Shown here: positions 1 to 6,142 of the stretch, piece by piece
How positions within the stretch are numbered: the stretch's first letter is position 1
Layout: each line of letters starts with the position of its first letter
Sequence record: PQ898399.1
Length of the DNA: 64,000 nt
Direction: 5' to 3' (one strand)
Notes under the pieces: generated by a model
What the model saw: only the letters and a program-made list of their open reading frames with translations
The model's database searches: none
Told to the model about the DNA's origin: nothing
Made by a program: the position numbers and the translations under genes

Positions 1-13
1 TAAGTCTGATTCA

Positions 14-238
14 ATGGGTAATGAAATTGCTCCTGGCGATATTGTAGCTTTCGATAAAGGTGGAAAAACTGCCGGGTGTATGGTTGGTATCCTTTTAGGA
101 TGGACTGAGCAAGGTTACCGTGTAGCTGGTTTTCAGACTTCAACCAATTTTCCAGAACATCGCACTATTGAAGGTTCACTTCGTTCACCGCACCAAGTTT
201 TCTTGGTTAAATCGATGAACTCAACAGTTCTTAAATAA
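14..238 (+). CDS. hypothetical protein (frame open to window edge, possibly 5'-partial)
   Basis: ORF track; frame has no stop upstream of 14. Confidence 0.6.
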   Translation: MGNEIAPGDIVAFDKGGKTAGCMVGILLGWTEQGYRVAGFQTSTNFPEHRTIEGSLRSPHQVFLVKSMNSTVLK

Positions 239-243
239 ATTTC

Positions 244-331
244 GGGGAGTTAATTCCGTAGAGGTAGCGGTGCAGACTGTAAATCTGTTGTCATTGCGAC
301 TCGGGTGGTTCGACTCCATCACTCCCCACCA
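244..331 (+). tRNA. tRNA-Tyr(GTA)
   Basis: anticodon arm gcaga-CTGTAAA-tctgt, TTCGA loop, long variable arm, CCA end. Confidence 0.9.
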
Positions 332-337
332 AATTCA

Positions 338-413
338 GGGAATATAGCTCAGTTGGTAGAGCAAACGACCGATAATCGTTAGGTCACTGGTTCGAGTCCA
401 GTTATTCCCACCA
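338..413 (+). tRNA. tRNA-Ile(GAT)
   Basis: cloverleaf, aacga-CCGATAA-tcgtt, CCA. Confidence 0.93.
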
Positions 414-438
414 ATTTGCTTAAAGATATTTTTGATAT

Positions 439-446
439 TATAAATA
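439..446 (+). promoter_or_regulatory. T4-type late promoter (TATAAATA)
   Basis: exact gp55 consensus 5 nt upstream of tRNA-Lys. Confidence 0.55.
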
Positions 447-451
447 TCTAC

Positions 452-528
452 AGGACACTAGCTCAGCTGGTTAGAGCACCGGACTTTTAATCCGGGTGTC
501 GAAAGTTCGAATCTTTCGTGTCCTACCA
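452..528 (+). tRNA. tRNA-Lys(TTT)
   Basis: cloverleaf, ccgga-CTTTTAA-tccgg, CCA. Confidence 0.95.
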
Positions 529-529
529 A

Positions 530-604
530 TCTCCGTTCGTCTATCGGTTAGGACGCCGGCCTTTCACGTCGGAAAGAAGAGTTCAATTCTCTTACGGAGA
601 ACCA
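530..604 (+). tRNA. tRNA-Glu(TTC)
   Basis: cloverleaf, ccggc-CTTTCAC-gtcgg, CCA. Confidence 0.93.
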
Positions 605-609
605 AATTT

Positions 610-694
610 GGGTCGTTGGCTGAGAGGGTAAGCGGCGGACTGTTAATCCGTGTCAGAAATGACTAGGCAGGTTCGATACCTGCACGACCCGCCA
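610..694 (+). tRNA. tRNA-Asn(GTT) with long variable arm
   Basis: gcgga-CTGTTAA-tccgt; variable hairpin gtca-gaaa-tgac; CCA. Confidence 0.9.
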
Positions 695-697
695 AAT

Positions 698-935
698 ATA
701 GAAATCAGAAGACGTTCTGATAAGTCGTCGGCACTTTAATCCCTGTCTGTGAGTTCCCTCAACGATAACTACACAGTCCAAATTAAATACGGCGCCGAAA
801 GTTTACTTTCGGAGTATATTGATGAAGTTATTGCGTTAATGAAGATTATATCTGTGCACGGGTATATGAGAGCCAATAACGCCTATTCAGCTTTCCGGAA
901 GGCTTGAGGGTAATCCCATACTCACGAAAGTAAAT
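698..935 (+). ncRNA. structured non-coding block; 5' part resembles T4 stable RNA species II (rnaD)
   Basis: no ORF; hairpins tcagaa/ttctga, ccgaaagt/actttcgg, gttattg/caataac; AGAAA-hairpin-TAAGTCGTCGG...ACGGCGC matches my recollection of T4 species II. Confidence 0.5.
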
Positions 936-937
936 TT

Positions 938-1013
938 GGACCTATAGTTTCAGCGGTGAAAATACTCGCCTGTCACGCGAGAGTCACGGGTTCGAATCCC
1001 GTTAGGTCCGCCA
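938..1013 (+). tRNA. tRNA-Asp(GTC)
   Basis: cloverleaf, ctcgc-CTGTCAC-gcgag, CCA. Confidence 0.95.
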
Positions 1014-1025
1014 AATACGAGGCAG

Positions 1026-1160
1026 TTCTTGAAGATGAGTTTGAGTCCTATAAGATAATGCCGAGGACGAAGCTGTTTGTTCCCACGGGATAAGCTCTAT
1101 ATTCGGAAGATTATATCTTTAGCGTGTTCTACATCAAGCTACTTGTTAGTACTTCAAGAA
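1026..1160 (+). ncRNA. candidate structured ncRNA between tRNA-Asp and tRNA-fMet
   Basis: 9-bp closing stem ttcttgaag/cttcaagaa enclosing gtcct/aggac and agct/agct helices; non-coding. Confidence 0.55.
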
Positions 1161-1170
1161 TCCGGATAGA

Positions 1171-1247
1171 TGCGGGTTAACTTCAGTTGGTAGAATGACG
1201 GGTTCATATCCCGTTACGCGATGGTTCGAGTCCATCACCCGCCTCCA
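1171..1247 (+). tRNA. tRNA-fMet(CAT), initiator type
   Basis: unpaired 1:72 (T/C) and three G-C pairs closing anticodon stem (acGGG-TTCATAT-CCCgt). Confidence 0.85.
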
Positions 1248-1253
1248 AATAAT

Positions 1254-1329
1254 TGGGGTATAGCCAAGTTGGTAAGGCAGTAGATTTTGATTCTACGATT
1301 CCCTGGTTCGAGTCCAGGTACCCCAGCCA
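1254..1329 (+). tRNA. tRNA-Gln(TTG)
   Basis: cloverleaf, gtaga-TTTTGAT-tctac, CCA. Confidence 0.95.
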
Positions 1330-1333
1330 AATT

Positions 1334-1430
1334 AGAGTGTAACGGTAAGTCCATTTATCGGAAGTGCGAACCGCGCGATAGCTGCCAATGCATAAATGGT
1401 TACTCCGTACAAGACTGGGACTCTCACTCT
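1334..1430 (+). ncRNA. tRNA-like structured RNA, homologous to 58684-58780
   Basis: 76/97 ungapped identity to the copy in the N4-like segment; acceptor-like stem agagtg/cactct; 8-bp ccatttat/ataaatgg stem. Confidence 0.8.
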
Positions 1431-1446
1431 TCTTAAATAAGCTGTC

Positions 1447-1545
1447 ACATCAATATTTACTTGACGCGTCTACAAGGGTTGAACTGATCACTCTTCTCTC
1501 AATTTCGTGTGAAGGCATCATGATTGCTGGAGTGAATATTAATGT
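1447..1545 (+). ncRNA. candidate structured RNA closed by a 15-position stem abutting tRNA-His
   Basis: acatcaatatttact pairs with agtgaatattaatgt (14/15 incl. one G-T). Confidence 0.45.
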
Positions 1546-1619
1546 GGCCGTAGTTCAGTTGGTAGAACTCGAGATTGTGATTCTCGTAGCCATGGGTTCA
1601 ACTCCCATCGGTCACCCCA
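1544..1619 (+). tRNA. tRNA-His(GTG)
   Basis: cgaga-TTGTGAT-tctcg, C73 discriminator, CCA; T rather than G at -1. Confidence 0.93.
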
Positions 1620-1623
1620 ATTC

Positions 1624-1715
1624 GGAAGCGTGGTAGAGCGGCTTATTACACCGGTCTTGAAAACCGGAGGCCGTAGTGATACGGTCCGTGGGTTCGAATC
1701 CCACCGCTTCCTCCA
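1624..1715 (+). tRNA. tRNA-Ser(TGA)
   Basis: ccggt-CTTGAAA-accgg, long variable arm, CCA. Confidence 0.95.
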
Positions 1716-1719
1716 TTTT

Positions 1720-1793
1720 AGGTCTCTCGTATAGTGGTATTATCCTGAGCTCCAACCTCAGTGACGTGGGTTCGATTCCTACGGGGCCTGCCA
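1720..1793 (+). tRNA. tRNA-Trp(CCA)
   Basis: ctgag-CTCCAAC-ctcag, CCA. Confidence 0.92.
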
Positions 1794-1799
1794 AATTAT

Positions 1800-1939
1800 C
1801 GGTTCGAGGAATTGCCTAAGCCGTAAGCCGAGTAGCGTTTTTGACGGAACGTTCGGATATGGTAGAGGCATGGCCTTCATAAGATAAATTGTGACGTCAA
1901 TCGCAATTTAACCTGGTTCGAATCCAGGCGTTCCGTACA
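1800..1939 (+). ncRNA. rnaC: T4 stable RNA species I homologue
   Basis: GCCGTAAGCCGAGTAGCGTTTTTGACGGAACGTTCGGATATGG and 3' T-arm GGTTCGAATCC-AGGCGTTCCGTACA match the T4 species I sequence as I recall it. Confidence 0.8.
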
Positions 1940-1943
1940 AATT

Positions 1944-2018
1944 GCATCCATCGTATAGCGGCTATTATGACTGGCTTCCACCCAGTAGATGAGAGTTCGA
2001 TTCTCTCTGGATGCTCCA
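1944..2018 (+). tRNA. tRNA-Gly(TCC)
   Basis: actgg-CTTCCAC-ccagt, CCA. Confidence 0.95.
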
Positions 2019-2024
2019 AATAAA

Positions 2025-2101
2025 CTCCGTGTAGCTCAGTTTGGTAGAGCATCCGGTTTGGGACCGGAGGGTCCGAGGTTCAAATCCTCGCATGGAGACC
2101 A
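2025..2101 (+). tRNA. tRNA-Pro(TGG)
   Basis: tccgg-TTTGGGA-ccgga, CCA. Confidence 0.95.
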
Positions 2102-2102
2102 A

Positions 2103-2177
2103 GGGAAGTTAGCTGAGATGGATTAGCGCGTGCCTGAAGAGCATGAGAGGTTGGTTCGATTCCAACACTTCCCACCA
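2103..2177 (+). tRNA. tRNA-Phe(GAA)
   Basis: cgtgc-CTGAAGA-gcatg, CCA. Confidence 0.9.
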
Positions 2178-2183
2178 AACAAC

Positions 2184-2217
2184 GCCCCGAGCAGAGAAAT
2201 CTGTTCGGGGCTTTTTA
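2184..2217 (+). terminator. rho-independent terminator after first tRNA run
   Basis: gccccgagc...gttcggggc followed by ttttt. Confidence 0.75.
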
Positions 2218-2246
2218 GCATAAATAGAGTGTCAAAGGAGACTACT

Positions 2247-2804
2247 ATGAAACTGCTAAAATACTTAAGTTATATTGTTCTTGTACCACTTGATTGGATT
2301 ACTGGTGCGCTAGCTATTTTGCTTGCTCCATTTGTAGTTCCATTCTATAATGAAGTTAGTGGAAAACTTCCATACGGATTCAATTGGATGATGACATTTG
2401 ATAATCCAATTGACGGAGATGGTGGTCATATTAAGCGCTGGGAAAAGATTCGTAAAATTCCGGTCGTTGGAAAATATATGCAACGCGTTGCATGGTTATG
2501 GCGAAATAAAGCATATAACTTTGCTTATTATGTTCTTGGACGAGAAGCTACTTCAGAGTTTAAATGGAAGGGTAATCCTACTGTAGAATCTAATGGTAAA
2601 TCTAATGGTTGGCTGCTCATGTGGAATGAATCGGCTTGGGGTGTATTTGGATATCAGCCTTGGCTTAAAATTGGAAAAATTCAATTCTGCTTACGAGTTT
2701 ACTGCGGGTGGAAACTGAAATCTGAAGTTGATAAGCCTGAAAAGAATGACAGAGCAATGTTATCATTCCACATCAACCCGTTTAGATATTATGCTTTAAA
2801 ATAA
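2247..2804 (+). CDS. hypothetical membrane protein (185 aa)
   Basis: GGAG RBS before ATG 2247; N-terminal hydrophobic segment; the longer ORF start overlaps tRNA-Phe. Confidence 0.8.
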   Translation: MKLLKYLSYIVLVPLDWITGALAILLAPFVVPFYNEVSGKLPYGFNWMMTFDNPIDGDGGHIKRWEKIRKIPVVGKYMQRVAWLWRNKAYNFAYYVLGREATSEFKWKGNPTVESNGKSNGWLLMWNESAWGVFGYQPWLKIGKIQFCLRVYCGWKLKSEVDKPEKNDRAMLSFHINPFRYYALK

Positions 2805-2845
2805 TGATGTTATTATTACTACATCAAAACCACTAAGGAAAAAGA

Positions 2846-3070
2846 ATGAAACGTATCGTTGTTGAAGTTAACCAAATCGCTACATTTGCAATGACTGGCA
2901 AAATTGTTGACGTAGCTCGTGCTGTAGTGCGTTCAGATAAAATCGTTGGTTTGGTTGAAACTGTTGATGGTTTTGTTAAGCTGACTATCAAAACAAGTGA
3001 TGAAGCTCTGCCATTTACTGTTGTCATCAATAACGATTTTGATGAAGTAGCAGATTTCATGGTTGAATAA
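2846..3070 (+). CDS. hypothetical protein
   Basis: AAGGA RBS, ORF track. Confidence 0.75.
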   Translation: MKRIVVEVNQIATFAMTGKIVDVARAVVRSDKIVGLVETVDGFVKLTIKTSDEALPFTVVINNDFDEVADFMVE

Positions 3071-3097
3071 TACCCTCGGTCCTCTTAAGAGGACTTT

Positions 3098-3174
3098 GGC
3101 CCTATAGCTCAATTGGTTAGAGCACGCGACTCATAATCGCTAGGTTGCAGGTTCGAGTCCTGCTGGGGTCACCA
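3098..3174 (+). tRNA. tRNA-Ile2(CAT) (lysidine type; elongator Met not excluded)
   Basis: cgcga-CTCATAA-tcgct; body closely resembles E. coli ileX (GGCCCC..GCGACTCATAATCGCT..GGGGCCACCA). Confidence 0.8.
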
Positions 3175-3192
3175 AATTCTGAGGAAAATATT

Positions 3193-3567
3193 ATGATTTA
3201 TTATGGTTGCACTCACTCCATCTTCTTTTATGAAGATTTTGTTCGCGATATCATGCTTCATAGTGATTACGCGTTTACTCAAGATTCTAAGTCTGGCCAT
3301 TGGAAATTTCTGAAATATCGTTATTCCAAAGAAGGACTAAATACCCAATTCTTTGATGTTAAAGACTTACTTGATTATGTTTACAAAGATTTGATGAATT
3401 GTTTTCATCAATTTCCTCGTGAGCTGATGGGTCATTTAACTCCACTGCCTGAACTTGATTATTCTGACATTTCGCAATTCTCTCATAAAGATCCGTATTC
3501 TAAAGTAATTGCTAAATGGCGAATGATGATAGATTTATATAAGAAATCTCTTCCACCATTTAATTGA
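3193..3567 (+). CDS. hypothetical protein
   Basis: GAGGA RBS before ATG 3193. Confidence 0.75.
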   Translation: MIYYGCTHSIFFYEDFVRDIMLHSDYAFTQDSKSGHWKFLKYRYSKEGLNTQFFDVKDLLDYVYKDLMNCFHQFPRELMGHLTPLPELDYSDISQFSHKDPYSKVIAKWRMMIDLYKKSLPPFN

Positions 3568-3577
3568 AGGAAATATT

Positions 3578-4075
3578 ATGGAACTCCGCTTTGGTCAAAC
3601 TATCCCTAAAGGTTATGCAGTATCATGTGTATCATGGGAAAACGATGGCGATGATTATCAAGAGAATGTGATTTATGCTGTAAATGCTAGACACGTTTCA
3701 GGTTGGTGTGCAGTTGCTAAATGTTTTGCATCTGATAATTCAGACCCTAATGGAATGGGTAATGAAGATTATTCTGGTGATGCTTTCTTTGAATATTGTG
3801 TTGAAAATGAAGAAATCACTCCAGAGTTCTGTTCAGAAGTGCTTGGCTTTGTAATCCCAGAAGGTGATTATACTGAAGATGAATTCGATGCTCGTCTTGA
3901 AGATTTTTATCAAGTCCAGTATAAAGTGATGGATAAGATTCAAGAATTGATTGGAACTCCAGTTGGTTATGATATTGACTTCATGCGTGTAGCTGAAACA
4001 TTTAAGCTCTTCTACATCGAAGAAGATATCGTTATTCCTAAAGCTCCTGAAGCTATTACTGTGGTAAGTATCTGA
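3578..4075 (+). CDS. hypothetical acidic protein
   Basis: AAGGA RBS, ORF track. Confidence 0.8.
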   Translation: MELRFGQTIPKGYAVSCVSWENDGDDYQENVIYAVNARHVSGWCAVAKCFASDNSDPNGMGNEDYSGDAFFEYCVENEEITPEFCSEVLGFVIPEGDYTEDEFDARLEDFYQVQYKVMDKIQELIGTPVGYDIDFMRVAETFKLFYIEEDIVIPKAPEAITVVSI

Positions 4076-4296
4076 TGGAAAAGTTTGATTTTGTAATTCA
4101 AGATTTAGTAACTGGTGATTACTATTACTATTTTTCAGGAGACCCCGAGTTTGACGAAGGTTGGCGTTTAGGCAACTTATTCGAGGCTCTTGGTTTTGAA
4201 ACTGAAGATGACGCTTGGCGTTGTGGTGAAGTTGATGAATTAACTCAATTTACAATCAGAAAGAGAACTACTCACGTAATGTCGGAATCTATATGA
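4075..4296 (+). CDS. hypothetical protein
   Basis: translationally coupled ORF. Confidence 0.7.
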   Translation: MEKFDFVIQDLVTGDYYYYFSGDPEFDEGWRLGNLFEALGFETEDDAWRCGEVDELTQFTIRKRTTHVMSESI

Positions 4297-4523
4297 AGAA
4301 AATCTTAAAGAAAAGATACATTAGAAAGGTCGAACGGCTCCGTTCCTTTGCGCCTGGTTGGCCATTAGAGATTTTAATCGCTGACCGTCATCCAAGATAT
4401 AATGATGAATGGCGGCATCATAAGAAATGGGATTCATATTGCCGTACTAAAGCAGGTCGTTTAGATGGCTCGTATGAATATTATTTTGATAAGAAACCTT
4501 CTAGAATATCTCACGGTAATTAA
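4293..4523 (+). CDS. hypothetical basic protein
   Basis: ATGA-type overlap. Confidence 0.65.
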   Translation: MKKILKKRYIRKVERLRSFAPGWPLEILIADRHPRYNDEWRHHKKWDSYCRTKAGRLDGSYEYYFDKKPSRISHGN

Positions 4524-4973
4524 ATGGACATTGGCTCTGGAAGTTCATATCCTTCTTGTGCTTTAAGTAACTTTGCACCACATGCTTTCGTTTATGACGG
4601 TGTAGAATGTGCTTCAATGGAGGGATTTTTACAATCCCTCAAATTTTCTAACCCTGAAATGCAAGCTCATGTTTGCACATTGGTTGGAAAGGCAGCAAAG
4701 TTCAAAGGTAAGAAGAAGCGTTGGTGGCCTACTCAAACACTTTATTGGAAGGGTGTTCCTATTCATCGAGCATCTGAAGCATACCAGAATCTTTTAACTG
4801 GAGCTTATGACGCACTTGCTCAAAACACTGGATTCCAAAAAGCATTGATTGCTACTCGTAACGCAACATTAACCCACAGTATGGGCAAGAACAAAATCTC
4901 TGAAACAGTTTTGACTGAAAAGGAATTTTGTAATCAGCTCTATCGTTTACGCAAAATGCTTCAAGAGAAATAG
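4524..4973 (+). CDS. NADAR-family ADP-ribosylhydrolase (T4 gp30.3-like)
   Basis: PSCALSNFA..F..DG...MEGFLQSLK, TLYW.G, QN.GF..AL, L.HSM, T.LTE.EF motifs as in T4 gp30.3. Confidence 0.8.
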   Translation: MDIGSGSSYPSCALSNFAPHAFVYDGVECASMEGFLQSLKFSNPEMQAHVCTLVGKAAKFKGKKKRWWPTQTLYWKGVPIHRASEAYQNLLTGAYDALAQNTGFQKALIATRNATLTHSMGKNKISETVLTEKEFCNQLYRLRKMLQEK

Positions 4974-4976
4974 ATT

Positions 4977-5159
4977 ATGATTAATCTGTACCGACATCCT
5001 GATATGAATGTTAGTTATCTCGTTGATACTGAATCAAATCGAGTTCTTACATATTGGCATGATAGCTGCTTAAACACAACTCATCTTGACCCGATTGTAA
5101 GAAAGAATTTAATTCTTCTTGAGGAAGATACTCAAGTTGAACCTGCTCTTCATTTTTGA
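4977..5159 (+). CDS. hypothetical protein
   Basis: ORF track, operon context. Confidence 0.6.
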   Translation: MINLYRHPDMNVSYLVDTESNRVLTYWHDSCLNTTHLDPIVRKNLILLEEDTQVEPALHF

Positions 5160-5212
5160 TGAGTATTTCAAAATCAACTGGTTTACTCAAGTTGATATGT
5201 AATAAATAAAGT

Positions 5213-5340
5213 TGTTCAGTGCTGGAATTGGTAGACAAGGGGTCCAACACCTTTTGAGTTCGCATATTGAATCATATGCTGACGATGGTGGTAAAACGCC
5301 GCAAGAACATGCTTACAGGTTCGAGTCCTGTCTGAACACA
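5213..5340 (+). ncRNA. expanded tRNA-like RNA (~128 nt)
   Basis: acceptor tgttcag/ctgaaca, Leu-type D-arm ctggaattggtagac, T-arm acagg-TTCGAGT-cctgt, but non-canonical anticodon arm and large branched insert. Confidence 0.75.
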
Positions 5341-5342
5341 CT

Positions 5343-5420
5343 CGGGGTATAGCTCAGCTGGATAGAGCAGTGGACTTCTAATCCACAGGTCGACGGGTTC
5401 GAATCCCTCTACCTCGACCA
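5343..5420 (+). tRNA. tRNA-Arg(TCT)
   Basis: gtgga-CTTCTAA-tccac, CCA; one bulged C in T-stem. Confidence 0.9.
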
Positions 5421-5424
5421 ATTT

Positions 5425-5509
5425 GCTAGGGTTGCTGAGTGGCCAAAGGCAGCGGATTGCAAATCCGCCGGGTATCCCTTCGTGAGTTCGAATCTCACTC
5501 CTAGCTCCA
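5425..5509 (+). tRNA. tRNA-Cys(GCA) with enlarged variable arm
   Basis: gcgga-TTGCAAA-tccgc; variable ggg-tat-ccc; CCA. Confidence 0.9.
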
Positions 5510-5515
5510 AATTTC

Positions 5516-5600
5516 GCATCAATGGTGGAACTGGTATACACAGAAGACTTAAAATCTTCCGCCGAAAGGATTGAGGGTTCGAATCCCTCTTGATGCACCA
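5516..5600 (+). tRNA. tRNA-Leu(TAA)
   Basis: gaaga-CTTAAAA-tcttc, variable arm, CCA. Confidence 0.95.
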
Positions 5601-5601
5601 A

Positions 5602-5677
5602 GCCGGTTTAGCTCAGTTGGTAGAGCAGCTCATTTGTAATGAGAGGGTCAGCGGTTCGAATCCGTTAACCGGCACCA
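5602..5677 (+). tRNA. tRNA-Thr(TGT)
   Basis: ctca-TTTGTAA-tgag, CCA. Confidence 0.95.
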
Positions 5678-5692
5678 AATGAGGAAAACACA

Positions 5693-5893
5693 ATGCGTTT
5701 AGTTCAAGTGCGTTATAAAATCGCAGAATACATGGAAGACTGCGGAAGAATTAAAGAAGAACTGTTCACAGTAGATGCTGACTCTGATGGAGAAGCTGAA
5801 CAGAAAGTTTATGATTATTTCAATAATATCTCTGACCCATATGGAACGAGTTATTTTGTTTACGATTGCGATGCGGTTAAGCATCTAAGCTAA
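5693..5893 (+). CDS. hypothetical protein
   Basis: GAGGA RBS. Confidence 0.7.
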   Translation: MRLVQVRYKIAEYMEDCGRIKEELFTVDADSDGEAEQKVYDYFNNISDPYGTSYFVYDCDAVKHLS

Positions 5894-6127
5894 TACAGAG
5901 AGTTGCAGCTCTCGTATGAAGACGTCGTGTTAGAAGAGAAGGTTAGCCCTTGCCGCTTTGGTTCTGCGGAGCCACCGGTTGTTAATCACCTGCAAAGTGA
6001 CACCTCCACGACGCTATATTCCCAGGGGCGAGACTGATGCCTCCGAGTCGCTGGGAATGAACTTCTGCAGGCCATCTGCCAGTAGGTGGTGCTGTCGATT
6101 CTTACGCCCTGTCTTCGGACGGGGCGT
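5893..6127 (+). ncRNA. candidate GC-rich multi-hairpin ncRNA
   Basis: gagag/ctctc, cgtcgtg/cacgacg, attcccag/ctgggaat, acgccctgtc-TTCG-gacggggcgt helices. Confidence 0.55.
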
Positions 6128-6134
6128 TGTTGCA

Positions 6135-6142
6135 TATAAATA
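6135..6142 (+). promoter_or_regulatory. T4-type late promoter (TATAAATA)
   Basis: exact consensus 29 nt upstream of ATG 6171. Confidence 0.85.

Noticed and set aside
1035-1075. Hammerhead-like TGA-GTCCT...AGGAC-GAA
   Set aside because: The CUGANGA core is absent (AGTTTGA) and GAAA is GAAG; not supportable as a ribozyme.
1330-1434. Possible HDV-like (theta) ribozyme after tRNA-Gln
   Set aside because: I could not build the nested double pseudoknot, and the element does not start at the tRNA 3' end; a tRNA-mimic fold fits better.
1388-1794. ORFs 1388-1636, 1612-1794 (and 5272-5601, 58230-58623)
   Set aside because: They overlap tRNA or ncRNA genes; spurious translations.
2130-2246. N-terminal extension of ORF 2130-2804
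   Set aside because: Overlaps tRNA-Phe and a terminator; the RBS points to ATG 2247.
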